Positions 56,119 to 64,000 of a stretch of DNA of 64,000 nt are shown here, in pieces (position 1 is the stretch's first letter; every line of letters begins with the position of its first letter). The notes beneath the pieces are model-generated. The model saw only the letters and a list, made by a program, of their open reading frames with translations. It was not told the origin of the DNA and did not search any database. The DNA lies in contig CAZYCE010000002.1 in NCBI GenBank assembly GCA_964645605.1, positions 67,256 to 131,255 on the forward strand. The letters run 5' to 3'. Made by a program: the position numbers and the translations under genes. Source of the DNA: an uncultured Gammaproteobacteria bacterium (GTDB taxonomy: Bacteria > Patescibacteriota > Microgenomatia > UBA8517).

Positions 56119-57498
56119 TCACTTTTTGATTTTCTGTATTAAAAACAAAAATTTTCCCCTTTTAGAAAGAGGGATACTTCTAACATATTTAAACTTGACT
56201 TTTGTATCGGCTAATTTAAGAAACTTCTCATTAATTTCAAGTTTATCTTTTAGACCAAATAGCCTATCTGGAATTATTTTTATAATCACGATGCCTTTTT
56301 CTGACTGAATTATTTGCCATTTTTTGATGTTTCTAAAAGCTTTATAATGTTGACCAAAAACTAAGGCGGTTAAGGGTGTCTTGTCGCCACTTGAACCATA
56401 TATGTAATCTTGTGTTCTCCCTTGCAGTTCCCTCAGACAAACAACTCCGTTCTTTAGTCCTCCGTAAACTGCAATGTCACCGGTTCTATATCTAATAAAT
56501 GGCATAGCATAATTATAAAAGCCTGTTACCACAATCTCTCCTGCTGAACCCTTTTTAACATGCTTGCCCTTCTCATCCAGAATTTCAGTGAAACCATAAA
56601 ATGGTGAGCATAGATATTTGGTAGAATTTTTTAGGGTATAAGCAAAAACACAAGCTTCAGTATGGCCATATTGAAAAAATATATTTGTATCTAAAACTCT
56701 TGCTATTTTCTTAATTTGCCAATCAAAAGCCTGCTCAGATGTTAAAATTACACCTTTAATTTTGAATGAGATTTTGGCCTTCATAGAGTCGACATATCGT
56801 ACAAAATCGTAAATGGTTGATGGATACCCACGTATTAAACTTGGACATACTTTCAAAAAATCGGCTAAATACTGTGACTTGTTTTTATTTTTAAAATATA
56901 GAGATGAATATGTTTTTTTACCGAATGGTAAGTTGTGTTTATTACTTATCCAAAAAATATTTCTATTTCGCAGTTTAGAAGGAACAGAGCTACCGCTAAA
57001 AGAAATAAAAGAATCTCCTTTTCTATAACCAATATATTTGGCATAATATTCCTGATGAATATCATCTATTATCCCCACTTTGGGAGATAAAAAAAGTCGC
57101 AGTGGTTCGCCTGTGCTCCCACCTGTATATCCCTCATAGTATTCCCACGGCCTCAGACTTTTGGTTATTAATTCATCTTCATGTTTTCTAATTATTGTTT
57201 TATCAAGTATGGGAATACTATCAAAATTACTTAAATTATTTAAGTCAAGATTCACTTTTTGGAAAATTCTTTTATAGTATTCGTTATTTTTATACGCAAA
57301 ACGACAAAGATTAATTAATTTCTTTTTTTGAAAAGATTCAATACGCACTCTGATATCCTTGCCATTCTCAATGTCCTTAAGCCCCCTTTTAATTTTTAAT
57401 ATCTCTCTTTTGTAAAAAAATCTTAATCCTAACTTTGTAAAACATATCACATCTAACAGAGAATTTTGTTTCAAAAAATCTATAAATCTTCTATTCAT
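56119..57498 (-). CDS. Phenylacetate-CoA ligase-like / CapK-like adenylating enzyme
   Basis: AY....YYK, IPILDK, YTGGSTGEP, GYPS, QYGHTE, MPFIRYRTGD, GR.QD and KRGK motifs. Confidence 0.85.
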   Translation of the reverse strand: MNRRFIDFLKQNSLLDVICFTKLGLRFFYKREILKIKRGLKDIENGKDIRVRIESFQKKKLINLCRFAYKNNEYYKRIFQKVNLDLNNLSNFDSIPILDKTIIRKHEDELITKSLRPWEYYEGYTGGSTGEPLRLFLSPKVGIIDDIHQEYYAKYIGYRKGDSFISFSGSSVPSKLRNRNIFWISNKHNLPFGKKTYSSLYFKNKNKSQYLADFLKVCPSLIRGYPSTIYDFVRYVDSMKAKISFKIKGVILTSEQAFDWQIKKIARVLDTNIFFQYGHTEACVFAYTLKNSTKYLCSPFYGFTEILDEKGKHVKKGSAGEIVVTGFYNYAMPFIRYRTGDIAVYGGLKNGVVCLRELQGRTQDYIYGSSGDKTPLTALVFGQHYKAFRNIKKWQIIQSEKGIVIIKIIPDRLFGLKDKLEINEKFLKLADTKVKFKYVRSIPLSKRGKFLFLIQKIKK

Positions 57499-57541
57499 TC
57501 CTTACAAAAAATATCCCTTACTGATATTGGCATATAAATAC

Positions 57542-58747
57542 TTATTGCTCTAATTCCATATTAAAATATTTAAGATATATCTTAACAGTATTATCTATTT
57601 TATATTTGAAATTGTGTTTAGATGCTTTTTCATTAAGCAAGTTGCAAATACAATTAATACATTTTTGATTAGAAGAACCCTCCTCTAATAGATGGTTTCT
57701 ATTAATTTCCGCAGAACCCGTATTGTTGAATGCTAAAACAGTCAAGCCACACGCCAGTGCCTCCAGATTTGCCATGCTTGCATTTTCCATAGCAGAAGTC
57801 ATAAAAAACAAATTGGAAGCACTATAATATTTAGCTAAATTCTCAGGATTTTTTTGATAAGGACGATAAAGAATATTTTTATCTTGTATCTCTTTGTTTG
57901 TTCTACCCAAACAAACAAATAATAAATCCTTGTTATTGCGCAATGAATTGGACACTCTCTTAAATATTTCGAATCTTTTTTTTCTGTCATGTTTATTACC
58001 GCTATAGATACCCAAAATTATTTTTTTGTCTAACGGCAAATTTAGACTTTTTCTTGCAAGTTTTTTGTCTGTCGGGTGAAATATTTTCGTGTCAACACCA
58101 TTTTGAATAACACCCATTTTCTTGTCACCAAAGATATTAGTACTTTCCGCAACACCTTTGAGCCATTTGGAAGGTGAAATAATTCTAAAATTGCTTTCTT
58201 TATAAATATCATGTTTACGTGTCCATAAATATTTCGAGTTATTCCAAAGCATTGGTTGATAGTGATAAATTCCCGAAGTAAAGTGCTTACCATGATTAAA
58301 GTGCTTACATTCAAAACAAAAGCCACAATGAGATGTCATTGACCACATGTCGTGTAGGGTCCAAACAACCGGCTTCCGCTTTGTTACTTCAATTAGCGTA
58401 GATAGTTTAAAATAATGACCATGCAAATTGTGGATGTGAACAATATCCGCCCCCTTAAACCACGGATGATTAATAATTTCGTGTGAGGCTCCAAAATCAA
58501 TATCATTTGAAAAAATAAAAGCTCTCAAGTGCCTGAGGTAGCGCAGAACATTATTCCCGAAAATATTTCGGATGAATTCTGAAAATATGCTTGCTGAGAT
58601 TACATCGACATCCGACGATTTTGTATATTTATAACCAACCAGATATCTAACCTGGTTCCCTTCTTTTCTAATTTTATTTCCCAATTGCCAAGCTAAATTT
58701 GCTGCCCCACCTATTGCGTCAGTTGTATTTATAATTAATATTTTCAT
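57542..58747 (-). CDS. GT4 glycosyltransferase (WcaC-like)
   Basis: GGAA, HIHNLHG, VWTLHDMW...HC, SPSKWL and EN....LEALACG motifs. Confidence 0.88.
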   Translation of the reverse strand: MKILIINTTDAIGGAANLAWQLGNKIRKEGNQVRYLVGYKYTKSSDVDVISASIFSEFIRNIFGNNVLRYLRHLRAFIFSNDIDFGASHEIINHPWFKGADIVHIHNLHGHYFKLSTLIEVTKRKPVVWTLHDMWSMTSHCGFCFECKHFNHGKHFTSGIYHYQPMLWNNSKYLWTRKHDIYKESNFRIISPSKWLKGVAESTNIFGDKKMGVIQNGVDTKIFHPTDKKLARKSLNLPLDKKIILGIYSGNKHDRKKRFEIFKRVSNSLRNNKDLLFVCLGRTNKEIQDKNILYRPYQKNPENLAKYYSASNLFFMTSAMENASMANLEALACGLTVLAFNNTGSAEINRNHLLEEGSSNQKCINCICNLLNEKASKHNFKYKIDNTVKIYLKYFNMELEQ

Positions 58748-58751
58748 AATA

Positions 58752-59492
58752 TTATTTTTTTGCAACAATGAAGATATGCGTTGAGATCAACCTATTACGA
58801 ATACCAATTTTGGCTAGTAGTAGACCTACAAAATTTAACCCATATGTAAGAATTCTCAAAAATGGAGACCTTTCAGAAATAGATTCTAGCCAAACCAGTT
58901 TGCCACTTACATAAAATACTTTATACGATTCGGGTTTTAACGACCCCACAATTTTTTTCAAACTTTGGATGTTCATAGAATTTAGATTATGAGTCTTAAT
59001 ATTATCTGGATCAAACAAAATTTGGTATGCTCCATTTAAACCCAAAAAATTTGGCAATCCGATTATCATGCTTCCACCCTGAGAAACCAGTTGCCAATGT
59101 TTATTGATTACATCATTTGTATCGTTAAAATGCTCAATAAAACCCAGAGAAAAAACAAGATCGTATTTTTTAGATGTTTTATATTTAAAAAAGTCAGTTT
59201 CGGAAATATCTATATTGCCACAAGGCAAACCATTTACTTCAACATTTTTACCAATAATCCCCCGATCTACCACAAAATCAAGAATTGTCGATTTGTAACC
59301 AAAATATTTACTAAAATAGATGGCATAGTTCCCAGGAAAACCTCCAATTTCAATCATGTTTTTGTAATTTTTATTTTTTAGATACTTTTCAAAAATATTG
59401 TTAAAGCTAAAAATTCTTGAAATTTTTTGTACATGCGGCTTGCTACTCCAATATTTTTTCCAAAAAGCGATGTCTGTAAGTTCTTTGTTCAT
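58752..59492 (-). CDS. Class I SAM-dependent methyltransferase
   Basis: IEIGGFPG, DFF, YDLVFSLGFIEHF and LPNF motifs. Confidence 0.88.
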   Translation of the reverse strand: MNKELTDIAFWKKYWSSKPHVQKISRIFSFNNIFEKYLKNKNYKNMIEIGGFPGNYAIYFSKYFGYKSTILDFVVDRGIIGKNVEVNGLPCGNIDISETDFFKYKTSKKYDLVFSLGFIEHFNDTNDVINKHWQLVSQGGSMIIGLPNFLGLNGAYQILFDPDNIKTHNLNSMNIQSLKKIVGSLKPESYKVFYVSGKLVWLESISERSPFLRILTYGLNFVGLLLAKIGIRNRLISTHIFIVAKK

Positions 59493-60388
59493 TATAAATT
59501 TCCAAACATGGATTTCGCTAACAAGGATAATACTACAAACGGATTCATGTATACATTTCTCTCCGTAACCAAATCAGCCTTTTTATTTTCAACTATGTTG
59601 TTCGGATGTTTCAATGGAAAATTTATTTTTTCAGTTTTCATCCCCATTGTTCTTATCTTAAAAAAAGTATGAGTCGCCTGTTTCCCGTACCCGGTATTTG
59701 AAACAAGATTTACTTTCGGAATGATGGTCAATTTTTGATTTTTAAACGCAGTATATGACCAAATGTATGCCCAGGAATTAATTTCACCTTGATAAACCAA
59801 TTTAAATATTTGTTTCCAATACATTACTGAAAATATATTTTGAAAATAATTTTGGAAACTCTTATCTTTACTAATAACGAGCCAGTCTTTCATTGAGTCG
59901 TCATATAACTTCCAACCTCTCCTCCATGTTGCCCATCCCCAAGAATGTACATATTTTGAAAAATAGTAACTTTCTTTAATTTTTGTCTTTCCAAATTGAA
60001 AATTATTTCCGGAAATAGATATTATTTCATCACTATCTTTATACTTTTCAAGAAGTTCGTCGCAAAACTTGAAAAAAGATTCATCGATTGTCAAATCATC
60101 CTCCAGAATGATGGCTCTATCAACACTCTTAAACACCCAATCGAGCCCATTTACCATATTTCTTCTTAAACCATTATTTATTTTAGAATACCTTTTATGT
60201 ATCGTACAATTCCAGTCTATTTTTTCAACTTCGTTCCTGGCCTGTCTACATTTGCCGAAATCCGTATCATCTTTTGGTCCATCAGCAATAACATAAATAG
60301 TTTTAGGTTTAATATTCCGTAGAACATCAATAATTTTTTTCGTCAGGTATGACCTATTATAAATAATTAAAACAATTGGGGCTTTCAT
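59492..60388 (-). CDS. GT-A fold glycosyltransferase (GT2-like)
   Basis: PIVLIIYNR, ADGP, IILEDD, HSWGWATW and NLVSNTG motifs. Confidence 0.85.
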   Translation of the reverse strand: MKAPIVLIIYNRSYLTKKIIDVLRNIKPKTIYVIADGPKDDTDFGKCRQARNEVEKIDWNCTIHKRYSKINNGLRRNMVNGLDWVFKSVDRAIILEDDLTIDESFFKFCDELLEKYKDSDEIISISGNNFQFGKTKIKESYYFSKYVHSWGWATWRRGWKLYDDSMKDWLVISKDKSFQNYFQNIFSVMYWKQIFKLVYQGEINSWAYIWSYTAFKNQKLTIIPKVNLVSNTGYGKQATHTFFKIRTMGMKTEKINFPLKHPNNIVENKKADLVTERNVYMNPFVVLSLLAKSMFGNL

Positions 60389-60417
60389 TTGGTTATTACG
60401 CTATCCAAAATTATCTT

Positions 60418-61806
60418 TTAATATTTTATTCCACCTGATAACTTTCTATAAAAATTAAAAATTACCAAAAAGGTCGATATCAGAACCAATACTTTCCAGA
60501 ATATACTAAACTTATCCAGAGATCCACCTAGGGCTGAAAAATCTGTATAGGATGATATTAATCTGTAAAATATTGTTCCACCAAAAAATATTAATAAATA
60601 AAACAAACAAAACAATAACAACAAAGACACTTCCTTTCCCATTTTTAATTTTGTTAAATATAGAAAAACACATATAAAAAGAATTGGTATCAGCATATCT
60701 AATATCACAGAGTTAAAAACCATTACAAAGGAGTCTGATATTGTTTTTAGACTAAAATTATATAAATAGGCAGACAGTTTGGTCACAAAACTAAACTGAG
60801 ATATGCGCAACTTATCAAATTCAAAACTATAATAGGATAAATATTTTCCGGATGCATATCCCACAAAATAGTTAGAGGTTAAAAATATAAGAAGACCAAC
60901 CAAATAACGTTTTTTAAATAACAATCTCTTAACCAGCAGATAAATTATTAAGAACACAAGTGCAGCCATCCATATGGGTTCATTTCGGGTAAATCTGCTA
61001 AAGACGAAAAACAAGCTACCCAAAACCAGGTAATTTATTTTTTCCCTAGATAACCATTTAACTAAATAAAGAGTGCCTAAAACCAAAAAGGTTGACTGAA
61101 TTAAATTTGATGATACACGTACTGACCAATCGTAAAATAACGGATAAAAAGAAATCAGAAATGCTAAAGCTAAGCCAACTTTTTTATTCGTTAAATTTTT
61201 AGCAAATGCGTAAACCCCAAAAATCAGAGATAAAAATATCAAAGTATAAATGAATTTGGGGTTGGTACTTCCAGCAACATATAAAATTGAATGCATGAGA
61301 GAAGTCAAAAGAGGATAAGAAATGTCATAAAAGGACCGGGCGGAAAAAAATATACTTTGGGCGGTAACAATTAATTTTGCTCTATAGTCATACATCTGGA
61401 CAGCGTCCCACATCCAGATGGGCCAATATAAATTTCTAATAATAGAGGTCAGCAAGAAAAATCCTATGCCACCAACAGAAACCTTCTCAAATAAGTCTAA
61501 ATTTTTAAAAAATTTGATGGGGAAAAAATCATGTAATGAATATTTGTTCTTTAATATAATTTTATTGACCAGAATCAAAATTAAATTCCCCGTTACCAAG
61601 AAAATAAAAACGTTTTGAAAATTAAATTTATAACCGATAAAGCCAAGAAGAAAAAGCCCAAAAGTTGTGAGTCCAATTCCCAACATAAAACCTGAGGATA
61701 ATTCTTCCGCTAATCCAGACTTAATTCTAAACAATTTAAAAAAATTAATTCCCGAAAACAGAATCATTAAAAGAAACAATGTTTGTTTTAAAATATTTAA
61801 TATCAT
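60418..61806 (-). CDS. Putative GT-C membrane glycosyltransferase (WDA type, copy 2)
   Basis: WP..MWDA..YDYRAK, YPLLTSLMH and TRNE; polytopic. Confidence 0.7.
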   Translation of the reverse strand: MILNILKQTLFLLMILFSGINFFKLFRIKSGLAEELSSGFMLGIGLTTFGLFLLGFIGYKFNFQNVFIFLVTGNLILILVNKIILKNKYSLHDFFPIKFFKNLDLFEKVSVGGIGFFLLTSIIRNLYWPIWMWDAVQMYDYRAKLIVTAQSIFFSARSFYDISYPLLTSLMHSILYVAGSTNPKFIYTLIFLSLIFGVYAFAKNLTNKKVGLALAFLISFYPLFYDWSVRVSSNLIQSTFLVLGTLYLVKWLSREKINYLVLGSLFFVFSRFTRNEPIWMAALVFLIIYLLVKRLLFKKRYLVGLLIFLTSNYFVGYASGKYLSYYSFEFDKLRISQFSFVTKLSAYLYNFSLKTISDSFVMVFNSVILDMLIPILFICVFLYLTKLKMGKEVSLLLLFCLFYLLIFFGGTIFYRLISSYTDFSALGGSLDKFSIFWKVLVLISTFLVIFNFYRKLSGGIKY

Positions 61807-62816
61807 TTTTTTATTTCAATAATTCCCCACACATTTTTCCCTCTAAAATCATCGGGGTTGTAATTGCCATAGAAAACATTTTGCACATAAGTTCCATTGT
61901 CTTGTTGAATGAGATAGACAATCTTATCTGATTTTACGGGAAAATCCGGCCAAATGTAATTTACTTGAGAAGGGCCATCATATATCGGGTGCAAATATCC
62001 TTTGGCAAGAACTATGTATTCATAGTTGTCGTTGTCCATTTCGGAACCGTAATTTATAAGTGTTCTGTCAGTCAAGAAATACCTGAAATATTCAATTCTG
62101 CCGTCAACACTATGCGGTGCAATATCTACAGGAAGTAAAATTGAGTTCCCGGAATTGGTATTATCCCCAATCAGTGAAATGTATCTATATAGAAGTCCCC
62201 ACTTAATCGTCATCTTTTCCTGATATGAATAATTAAGATGGGTAAAAATAAATATCATATCTGACGCTGCATCACTGAATGTTATATAAAATTTGCTACC
62301 TACGAAAACCAATATTAGAACTGCGGCTACACTTACAGGAAGTATATTTTTCTTATTTTTAATTCCATATATGTCTTTTGCGGTTTTAATTATAGTTTCT
62401 GGCCTAACCATCTGTATCAAAAGAAGAAAAAAACTTAAGAGAACTAAATTAAAAAAAATCCTGGGCTGAATATGAAAGGTTACAAAGGAATAATTGGAGT
62501 ATTTTGCCGAATTTAAAAAAAACATAACAAAATAGAAAGCAGTAATTGGAATAAAAAATACAGTGTTGAGTCTCAAAAGCAACTTTTCTAAAACGGTGGG
62601 TTTGTAATTTTTATTTTCTATCCTAAGGAAAAGGATTAAAAATGCCGAAAAGATAGAAACAGCTAGGAAAAAACCGGTTGGCAGGAAAATATGCTTACTC
62701 AAAAATCCGGAATATTTATATGACTCTATCAAAAGGAAAAATCCAGAAACACTAATCAGATACGGAAAGATAGTCTTATTTAAGGTTAGTATTTTTCTAA
62801 AAAATTTATTTTTCAC
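61803..62816 (-). CDS. Unknown membrane protein (partner X, copy 2)
   Basis: About 5 N-terminal TMs plus a soluble domain with ILLP, RYFL, WPD and WGII; homologous to 51277-51987. Confidence 0.8.
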   Translation of the reverse strand: MKNKFFRKILTLNKTIFPYLISVSGFFLLIESYKYSGFLSKHIFLPTGFFLAVSIFSAFLILFLRIENKNYKPTVLEKLLLRLNTVFFIPITAFYFVMFFLNSAKYSNYSFVTFHIQPRIFFNLVLLSFFLLLIQMVRPETIIKTAKDIYGIKNKKNILPVSVAAVLILVFVGSKFYITFSDAASDMIFIFTHLNYSYQEKMTIKWGLLYRYISLIGDNTNSGNSILLPVDIAPHSVDGRIEYFRYFLTDRTLINYGSEMDNDNYEYIVLAKGYLHPIYDGPSQVNYIWPDFPVKSDKIVYLIQQDNGTYVQNVFYGNYNPDDFRGKNVWGIIEIKK

Positions 62817-64000
62817 TTAGTAATTTCATTAGTTGGATAGAAACCAGCTTTGATGTTCCCATATTGAATCATTTTAAATCCTGATAGATATGGTGTACAA
62901 GGTAATTGTGAGTTTCCACAACGATCACCATTTACTGGAGTCCAAACATAAAAGGACTGATCCGGATAATTAATGATAAACGGCTTTACTAAAGTACTTT
63001 CTTCTTTTTGAACAGTAAACAACTCCGGTTCTTTCTTCAAATCCACGGCATTTAGAAGGTAGCCGGATATTGTAAATATAAATAATAAAACAATTAGATT
63101 TTTGAAATGAGCATATTTAAGGAAATCAGTTAAGAATGGTGGCAAAATTAATGAAATAACAACATAAATATATATACCCATAAACCTAAAATCCGGAGCC
63201 GTTATAAATGTGTATAAAAGGGATGCCAAATTCATAAATATTAAAAAGTCGATCTTTTTAATATTATTTATTACATTTTGATTCTCTTTAAATTTATACC
63301 TAGAAAAAAAATAGGCAAACGTCAGTGGGATTACGCTAAATAAATAATATAAATTAGGCTTATTATTATTGAACCAATTTATAAACCAACCCCAAAAACC
63401 AACATTTAAAGAACTTAGATATTTTGGACCCGGTAATCTTGCCCAAGCCTTAACAACATCATTAAAATTTCTGGCGATTTCTATCGGCACTTGCCACTGA
63501 AAATGAACACCAAGAATTGGCAATGGAAAAAAGGGCCAGCCAGATAAAATTAGGTTACGGAGTATGAAACCAAGAAAGAACGCCAAGGTAAATAGTAAAA
63601 ATATTATATTTTTCTTTGATGATAAAAGTATACTTTTTAACTCAATTATAACAAACAAAAAAAATAAAATTAAACCTACAAAATAAGAATATTTCGTTGT
63701 AGCAGCCATGGCAAATAATGGAACCGCCAATATTAAATTTTCCTTATCTAAAAGTAGAGTATAGAAAGCAGATACCAAGACAAAGATCGTCAATCCAAAA
63801 TCGGTTGAAAGAGAATTAATCTGACCAACAAACATAGACATAACTAAAAGAGAAAAAAGTCCAAATATACGAATTAGGTTATTTTTATTTTTACTAAACA
63901 AGAATGTAATTATCTGAAAAGCAAAAACTACAAATAAAAGAGAATTCACTACATGAGTGGAAGCATTTGTAAAAACACCATGACCCATAATCGCCGCCAA
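62813..64000 (-). CDS. Polytopic membrane protein, partial (probable GT-C-like, LIC_10190-like)
   Basis: SLSTD, TTK, RNLILSGWPFFP, APDFRF and C-terminal CGNSQLPCTPY; 5' end lies outside the window. Confidence 0.6.
   Translation of the reverse strand: MAAIMGHGVFTNASTHVVNSLLFVVFAFQIITFLFSKNKNNLIRIFGLFSLLVMSMFVGQINSLSTDFGLTIFVLVSAFYTLLLDKENLILAVPLFAMAATTKYSYFVGLILFFLFVIIELKSILLSSKKNIIFLLFTLAFFLGFILRNLILSGWPFFPLPILGVHFQWQVPIEIARNFNDVVKAWARLPGPKYLSSLNVGFWGWFINWFNNNKPNLYYLFSVIPLTFAYFFSRYKFKENQNVINNIKKIDFLIFMNLASLLYTFITAPDFRFMGIYIYVVISLILPPFLTDFLKYAHFKNLIVLLFIFTISGYLLNAVDLKKEPELFTVQKEESTLVKPFIINYPDQSFYVWTPVNGDRCGNSQLPCTPYLSGFKMIQYGNIKAGFYPTNEITK

Noticed and set aside
1-64000. Alternative genetic code (UGA=Gly as in Gracilibacteria/Absconditabacteria)
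   Set aside because: Genes are full length under code 11 and several end at TGA, with tight packing or ATGA overlaps

Overview
64 kb of a small-genome bacterium with standard genetic code and almost all genes on the minus strand. Gene content and style (archaeal-type GlmU, alpha2 GlyRS, DUF4012, short RecO, many apparently leaderless genes) point by inference to Patescibacteria/CPR, probably Microgenomates. There are three blocks. (1) 1-19.4 kb is a rearranged dcw cluster: mraZ-rsmH-ftsL-ftsI-murA-yvcK-glmS-nagB-hyp-PP2C-murE-glmU-HAD-murC-[murB::murD fusion]-DegT-like-murI-ddl-murF(partial). (2) 19.4-27.9 kb holds housekeeping and accessory genes (GlyRS, LCP, PD-(D/E)XK nuclease, cupin, YprB-like exonuclease, znuCB, recO). 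(3) 27.9-64 kb is a surface-glycan locus: DUF4012, priming transferase, ManC, about 11 GT2/GT4 enzymes, an O-antigen-ligase-like protein, Wzx, about 9 putative GT-C membrane transferases and an AT-rich terminal island with a CapK-like adenylating enzyme. The most interesting signals are a duplicated, translationally coupled two-gene module (unknown membrane protein + WDA-motif GT-C), a dispersed family of AT-rich 7-bp tandem arrays and small palindromes read in frame inside proteins, a MITE-like element that supplies a start codon, and the MurB-MurD fusion. No rRNA, tRNA, CRISPR array or transposase was recognised. All calls come from motif recognition by eye; no database search was run.
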